Shown here piece after piece: positions 7,767-10,755 of a DNA stretch of 10,755 bases. Each line of letters opens with the position of its first letter. The stretch's first letter is position 1. The stretch is taken from assembly GCA_037481775.1 (NCBI GenBank), contig JBBFKZ010000032.1, positions 1-10,755 of the forward strand, given 5' to 3'. The translations under genes were made by a program, and so were the position numbers. This DNA comes from Candidatus Bathyarchaeia archaeon. Lineage in GTDB: Archaea > Thermoproteota > Bathyarchaeia > Bathyarchaeales > Bathycorpusculaceae. The notes below the pieces were generated by a model, which was not told the DNA's origin, made no database searches, and worked only from the letters and a program-made list of their open reading frames with translations.

Positions 7767-9140
7767 TTATAGGGTAACACTTCTTAGCGGGCTAGCTCCT
7801 TTTTGATTGTGAAGGTAGCATATCCAATATCCAAGTGCCGTGGTGATATGCTGATACTCTTTAGAGTCATCCTCCACATAAGATGCTCCGTCCTTCAATG
7901 CAGTTAGCTTCAAACCTCGGATAAGCATTTTTGCATTGCTACCAATAAGGACTCGCCTTCGGCCTTGAGCATTCAAAAGGTAGCTATTCACTATATTGTG
8001 TCGTTCTTTTATCGGCGGATTAGACCTTGGCACGCAAAGTTCAAAGGTTAGTTTGTGCGAAATTCTGCCAAGGTAGCTAGCTATTATATCATAGTCGCTG
8101 TGAAGTGACTTAGTAGATCTAGCCGCTCCAGTAGCATCACCAAAAACTCGGACATGAACCCTTCCTCCATTTTTGGGTTCAAAATAACCTCTGCCTTCTA
8201 ACTCCTGCATCATGTCTTGTGTTGACAAACTTTGAATTGTTACCGAGTCGATAACACGAAACAAGTCCATTCTTTCATCATACTGCCCAATAACAACACT
8301 CATTGGCTTTCCAACGCCAATGTTAAAGTCAAAGCTTACATCAAGCGGCAAGTGTGGCAAAAGCTCGACTTTTTCGGTAACATTTTCTTTTTCGCTAAAG
8401 CAATAATAGATTGCATTGTTGTCGCGTCCTATCCATTCCCCGTCTAAGTAACGACGGGCAGAGATGGGGTCTAAATCATTTCTTAGCTGTTCAACATAAC
8501 CAGCTGGTAAAAACGGGTTATCCTCTGGTTTTGAATAAAAAACAAAGCGTGTCGGATGCGGTTGCGGCTCAATGAAATAGCGATATAGCCAATGGTCCGG
8601 AGAGTCCGGATTGGTAGCAACCACAAGAAAGTTTTCTTTAATCACTGGCCGCCTTCTCAAGCGAGCCTTAAGTTCCAAGAAAGCCTCAAAATCATCTTCG
8701 TTATTTTCTGCACCTTCCTCAATAATTACACCGCTTAACTTTAGCGACCTAATTTTTTTATACTGCTTATCAGCCCAAGTAACAGGACCGATGCGTGAAT
8801 CAGTGTGAGGGAACCAAATTATTTGGGATGATTTATTATAGATATAATGCTTGCCAGGCGTAAGCGGCGCAAGGTGGTCGATTATCTCTTGAATAAGAGT
8901 TCTTTTCAAGTCCGGAAGCGTTCTTCGACACACTGCGACTAATGCTCTGCGATTAAATAAGCAATGCGTCACCGCTAGATGAGCTAGCAGCGTTGATTTA
9001 GCTGAGCCGTAGCCACCACTAAGCAAAATTTCTGGGTAAGTTCCGCTGTCCCAGTCCCATTTTTTTCTGAGTAACTCAAGAACTCTTGCTTGATAAGGTA
9101 TCTTGTATGGGTCAAAGGTTGTAAGGTGAACTGGCTCCAT
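7767..9140 (-). CDS. terL: Terminase large subunit, 457 aa
   Basis: Walker A SGGYGSAKST, Walker B GVIIEE, coupling motif ATNP, DNPFL...YVEQL...RYLDGEW, nuclease SFDFN and GDATG, and C-terminal HITTALGY. Confidence 0.95.
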   Translation of the reverse strand: MEPVHLTTFDPYKIPYQARVLELLRKKWDWDSGTYPEILLSGGYGSAKSTLLAHLAVTHCLFNRRALVAVCRRTLPDLKRTLIQEIIDHLAPLTPGKHYIYNKSSQIIWFPHTDSRIGPVTWADKQYKKIRSLKLSGVIIEEGAENNEDDFEAFLELKARLRRRPVIKENFLVVATNPDSPDHWLYRYFIEPQPHPTRFVFYSKPEDNPFLPAGYVEQLRNDLDPISARRYLDGEWIGRDNNAIYYCFSEKENVTEKVELLPHLPLDVSFDFNIGVGKPMSVVIGQYDERMDLFRVIDSVTIQSLSTQDMMQELEGRGYFEPKNGGRVHVRVFGDATGAARSTKSLHSDYDIIASYLGRISHKLTFELCVPRSNPPIKERHNIVNSYLLNAQGRRRVLIGSNAKMLIRGLKLTALKDGASYVEDDSKEYQHITTALGYWICYLHNQKGASPLRSVTL

Positions 9141-9146
9141 GTTACC

Positions 9147-9356
9147 TTATGTTACCAATCGCCCACCATTGTTACCGTGCGCTTGTGCTGCAAACGCTTG
9201 CGCTATTGCATACTTAATATCATTTAAGCTTTCTTTAACAAGCCACTTGTTACCGTCAAAGTAAGCGACAAGACCTAAGTCAGTTTCCTCAAGTAAAACG
9301 GTCATAACATTAACAAACAAAGCCCTACCGTCTTGTTTAGTTAACTGCAAAAACAT
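9147..9356 (-). CDS. Small FlbD/SwrD-like protein, 69 aa
   Basis: SD GGAG. MFLQLTKQDGRALFVN...LEET...DGNKWLVKESLNDI follows the FlbD-family pattern as I recall it (MIxLTxxxGxxFxLN...IExTP...GxKxxVKESxxEV). Confidence 0.6.
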   Translation of the reverse strand: MFLQLTKQDGRALFVNVMTVLLEETDLGLVAYFDGNKWLVKESLNDIKYAIAQAFAAQAHGNNGGRLVT

Positions 9357-9359
9357 AAT

Positions 9360-9851
9360 CTACTCTCCATTTTGGGTTTTGCTTTCTTCCTTTTTTTCTT
9401 CATCTTTTTTTTCTGCGTCACTGTCCTTTAGGCGGTAACCTAGGAAAAACTGATAATTACCGTCATCGGCTTTAAACTCGACGCGGTCGGCCATTCCTAA
9501 TGTGTTTTTAGCAAGAAAAATTTGGGCCTTCAAGTCATTATCTTCTAAAGCTTTTCTCCAAAGCTGGCGTCGCAGGCTAATTTTTCCTTGGCCTTGGTAA
9601 CGCTCGGATAGTTCTTTGAATTGCGCACCTAAGTGCTCGACGCAGAACTTTTCCACCGTTTCTGTGGTAACCTCAAAAAAAGCTGCGACTTCATAGATTG
9701 TGCAGTGTATATGAAGTAACCTTTTTAAGTTTTCTGCCCCAGTCGCTGGATCAATTGAGTTTCGTCTTTTTCTGATTTTTCCCGACTTTGTGACAAAAAC
9801 GCCGTAGTCCGGAATTTCAAAGTTTGGATTTCTTATCGACTTGTAACCCAT
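9360..9851 (-). CDS. terS: Terminase small subunit, 163 aa
   Basis: HTH-like CTIYEVAAFFEVTTETVEKFC, then GKISLRRQLWRKA...AQIFLAKNTLGMAD typical of TerS. Located upstream of terL. Confidence 0.8.
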   Translation of the reverse strand: MGYKSIRNPNFEIPDYGVFVTKSGKIRKRRNSIDPATGAENLKRLLHIHCTIYEVAAFFEVTTETVEKFCVEHLGAQFKELSERYQGQGKISLRRQLWRKALEDNDLKAQIFLAKNTLGMADRVEFKADDGNYQFFLGYRLKDSDAEKKDEEKKEESKTQNGE

Positions 9852-9878
9852 GCAGTAACCGCCACTGGCTAGGTTAGC

Positions 9879-9899
9879 GTTACCACCACCGATGGTAAC
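9879..9899. repeat. Inverted repeat GTTACCA-N7-TGGTAAC at the predicted 5' end of the late transcript
   Basis: Read directly: gttacca ccaccga tggtaac. Confidence 0.7.
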
Positions 9900-9905
9900 A
9901 AAAAA

Positions 9906-9934
9906 ATGTTAACATAAGTTTTTTATGCCGTCAA
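9906..9934 (-). promoter_or_regulatory. Sigma70-type promoter TTGACG-N17-TAACAT with extended -10 (TGn), facing terS
   Basis: Minus strand TTGACG GCATAAAAAACTTATGT TAACAT: -35 matches 5/6, spacer is 17 nt, -10 matches 4/6 keeping the key T,A,T, and TG precedes it. Sits in the only sizeable intergenic gap (9852-9937). Predicted +1 near 9899. Confidence 0.7.
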
Positions 9935-9937
9935 GCT

Positions 9938-10755
9938 CTAAGTAACCTTTAACACCTCACCGTTGGGACCTGCCCTAAACTTCTCGCCTGTAAAGCAATC
10001 GTAAGCTCCAATTGCATATAATTTTTTGATTTCATCCCGAGGCTCTACCTTAGCCATCCTGCGAACTATCCACTCCTCACGGTAACAAGAGTCGATTTCT
10101 TCTTGTGAGTCTTTTTTTAGGTGCTCTTTGTTACCCTTTTTTTGCGACGATGCAAACCGACGAAACTTGAAAATTTCTGCACCTTTCGGAAGCATCTGCT
10201 CAATGCCATCAAAAGGATAACAGGTAAGAATAAATGAGCCGCTTGATTTATCTAAAGTTTCACAAAGGTTCCTAAAATCCTCTTTTGTGTATCCCGAATA
10301 GTGCCCTTGTTCGGTTTCTGGGTACGGAGGGTCACAAAAAAAGAATGTTTGCGGTGAGTCCCAGTTTTTTATGAAACTTAAAGCGTCTAGGTTGTCGACA
10401 TAAACACCGCGAAGTCGAGCGGCAAATGGTAACAAATCAATTGAAGGTGAGTTTGATATTGCATGATTTACACCATAAACACTAAAACCCCAACCAGAGA
10501 ATAACTTTGCAGCAAAACTCACCCTTATATTCACAAAAAATGCCCAAGCCGCCTCGACCTCATCCGCAGAATTAAAATCATTTTTCATTATTGTTTTTGT
10601 CAAACCATACTCACTTCGCGAATATGGCGTGAGCAGCACTCTTCTAGCCAGCTCATAACTCTTAACCTCGTCTTTTAGCACTCGAAAAAAATTGACTAAC
10701 CACTCGTTAGTGTCGTTGATAGCTTCTCTATAGTTACCGCGGTCTTTTACAGATG
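9938..10755 (-). CDS. DNA N6-adenine methyltransferase, Dam/D12 class; 5'-truncated at the window edge
   Basis: Catalytic FFFCDPPY preceded by RLRGVYVDNLDALSFIKNWDSPQT. The frame stays open beyond the track start at 10681 and reads ...YREAINDTNEWLVNFFRVLK, the Dam-family INDxN..LVNF..VL segment. The SAM-binding motif I would lie outside the window. Confidence 0.9.
   Translation of the reverse strand, partial: SVKDRGNYREAINDTNEWLVNFFRVLKDEVKSYELARRVLLTPYSRSEYGLTKTIMKNDFNSADEVEAAWAFFVNIRVSFAAKLFSGWGFSVYGVNHAISNSPSIDLLPFAARLRGVYVDNLDALSFIKNWDSPQTFFFCDPPYPETEQGHYSGYTKEDFRNLCETLDKSSGSFILTCYPFDGIEQMLPKGAEIFKFRRFASSQKKGNKEHLKKDSQEEIDSCYREEWIVRRMAKVEPRDEIKKLYAIGAYDCFTGEKFRAGPNGEVLKVT

Larger units (their letters stand above)
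59..10738. repeat. Dispersed, highly iterated hexamer GGTAAC/GTTACC (about 60 copies, usually GGTAACA or GGTAACC)
   Basis: Hand count: 35 GGTAAC and 25 GTTACC on the plus strand, plus about 20 AGTAAC/GTTACT variants. Roughly 5 exact copies are expected at about 42% GC. Confidence 0.92.
1..10755 (-). mobile_element. Tailed dsDNA phage/prophage: packaging, head and accessory virion gene module
   Basis: terS-terL-portal-morphogenesis-scaffold-capsid synteny, one coding strand, tight gene packing. No integrase, att site or host gene in the window, so free phage versus prophage cannot be decided. Confidence 0.93.

Noticed and set aside
831-8808. All plus-strand ORFs in the track (831..1133, 1198..1395, 2038..2223, 3855..4208, 4275..4484, 4626..4847, 4848..5162, 5614..5952, 5949..6137, 6716..7030, 6852..7049, 8232..8447, 8611..8808)
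   Set aside because: They are antisense shadows of a contiguous, coupled minus-strand operon and have no recognisable protein motifs.
7767-9140. Intein or intron in terL
   Set aside because: 457 aa with ATPase and nuclease motifs at normal spacing leaves no room for an insertion.
9879-9906. Hairpin plus A/T run as an intrinsic terminator for the methyltransferase gene
   Set aside because: On the transcribed minus strand the U-run precedes the stem, and on the plus strand the stem is followed by A's. The geometry is wrong both ways.
10679-10681. GTG at 10681 as the methyltransferase start
   Set aside because: The frame is open to the window edge and encodes a conserved Dam-family segment upstream, so the true start lies outside the window.
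59-10738. GGTAAC copies as a CRISPR array or a local iteron origin
   Set aside because: The repeats are 6-7 bp, irregularly spaced, in both orientations and mostly inside intact genes.
59-10738. Motif explained simply as the BstEII palindrome GGTNACC or by Val-Thr codon bias
   Set aside because: Only 14 of 60 copies are GGTWACC, most are GGTAACA, and GTSAC is not enriched. The motif occurs in all three frames, both orientations and intergenic DNA.

Overview
A tailed dsDNA phage or prophage late region, encoded entirely on the minus strand and read from right to left. Gene order: 5'-truncated Dam/D12-class N6-adenine methyltransferase; a good sigma70-type promoter; terminase small subunit; a tiny FlbD/SwrD-like ORF; terminase large subunit; portal; two Mu gpG/P2 gpS-like morphogenesis genes; coiled-coil scaffold; HK97-fold major capsid protein; then at least ten tightly coupled small genes, mostly beta-rich, including a low-GC cassette of four apparent paralogs. 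The most striking signal is not a gene. The non-palindromic hexamer GGTAAC/GTTACC occurs about 60 times by hand count, versus roughly 5 expected from base composition. It lies on both strands and in all three reading frames, forms inverted pairs, and clusters at gene junctions and at the predicted late transcription start. GATC, by contrast, is almost absent (about 5 copies). This suggests a genome-wide iterated-motif system, possibly tied to the adjacent methyltransferase. All counts are manual and all protein calls come from motif recognition and synteny, not database searches.
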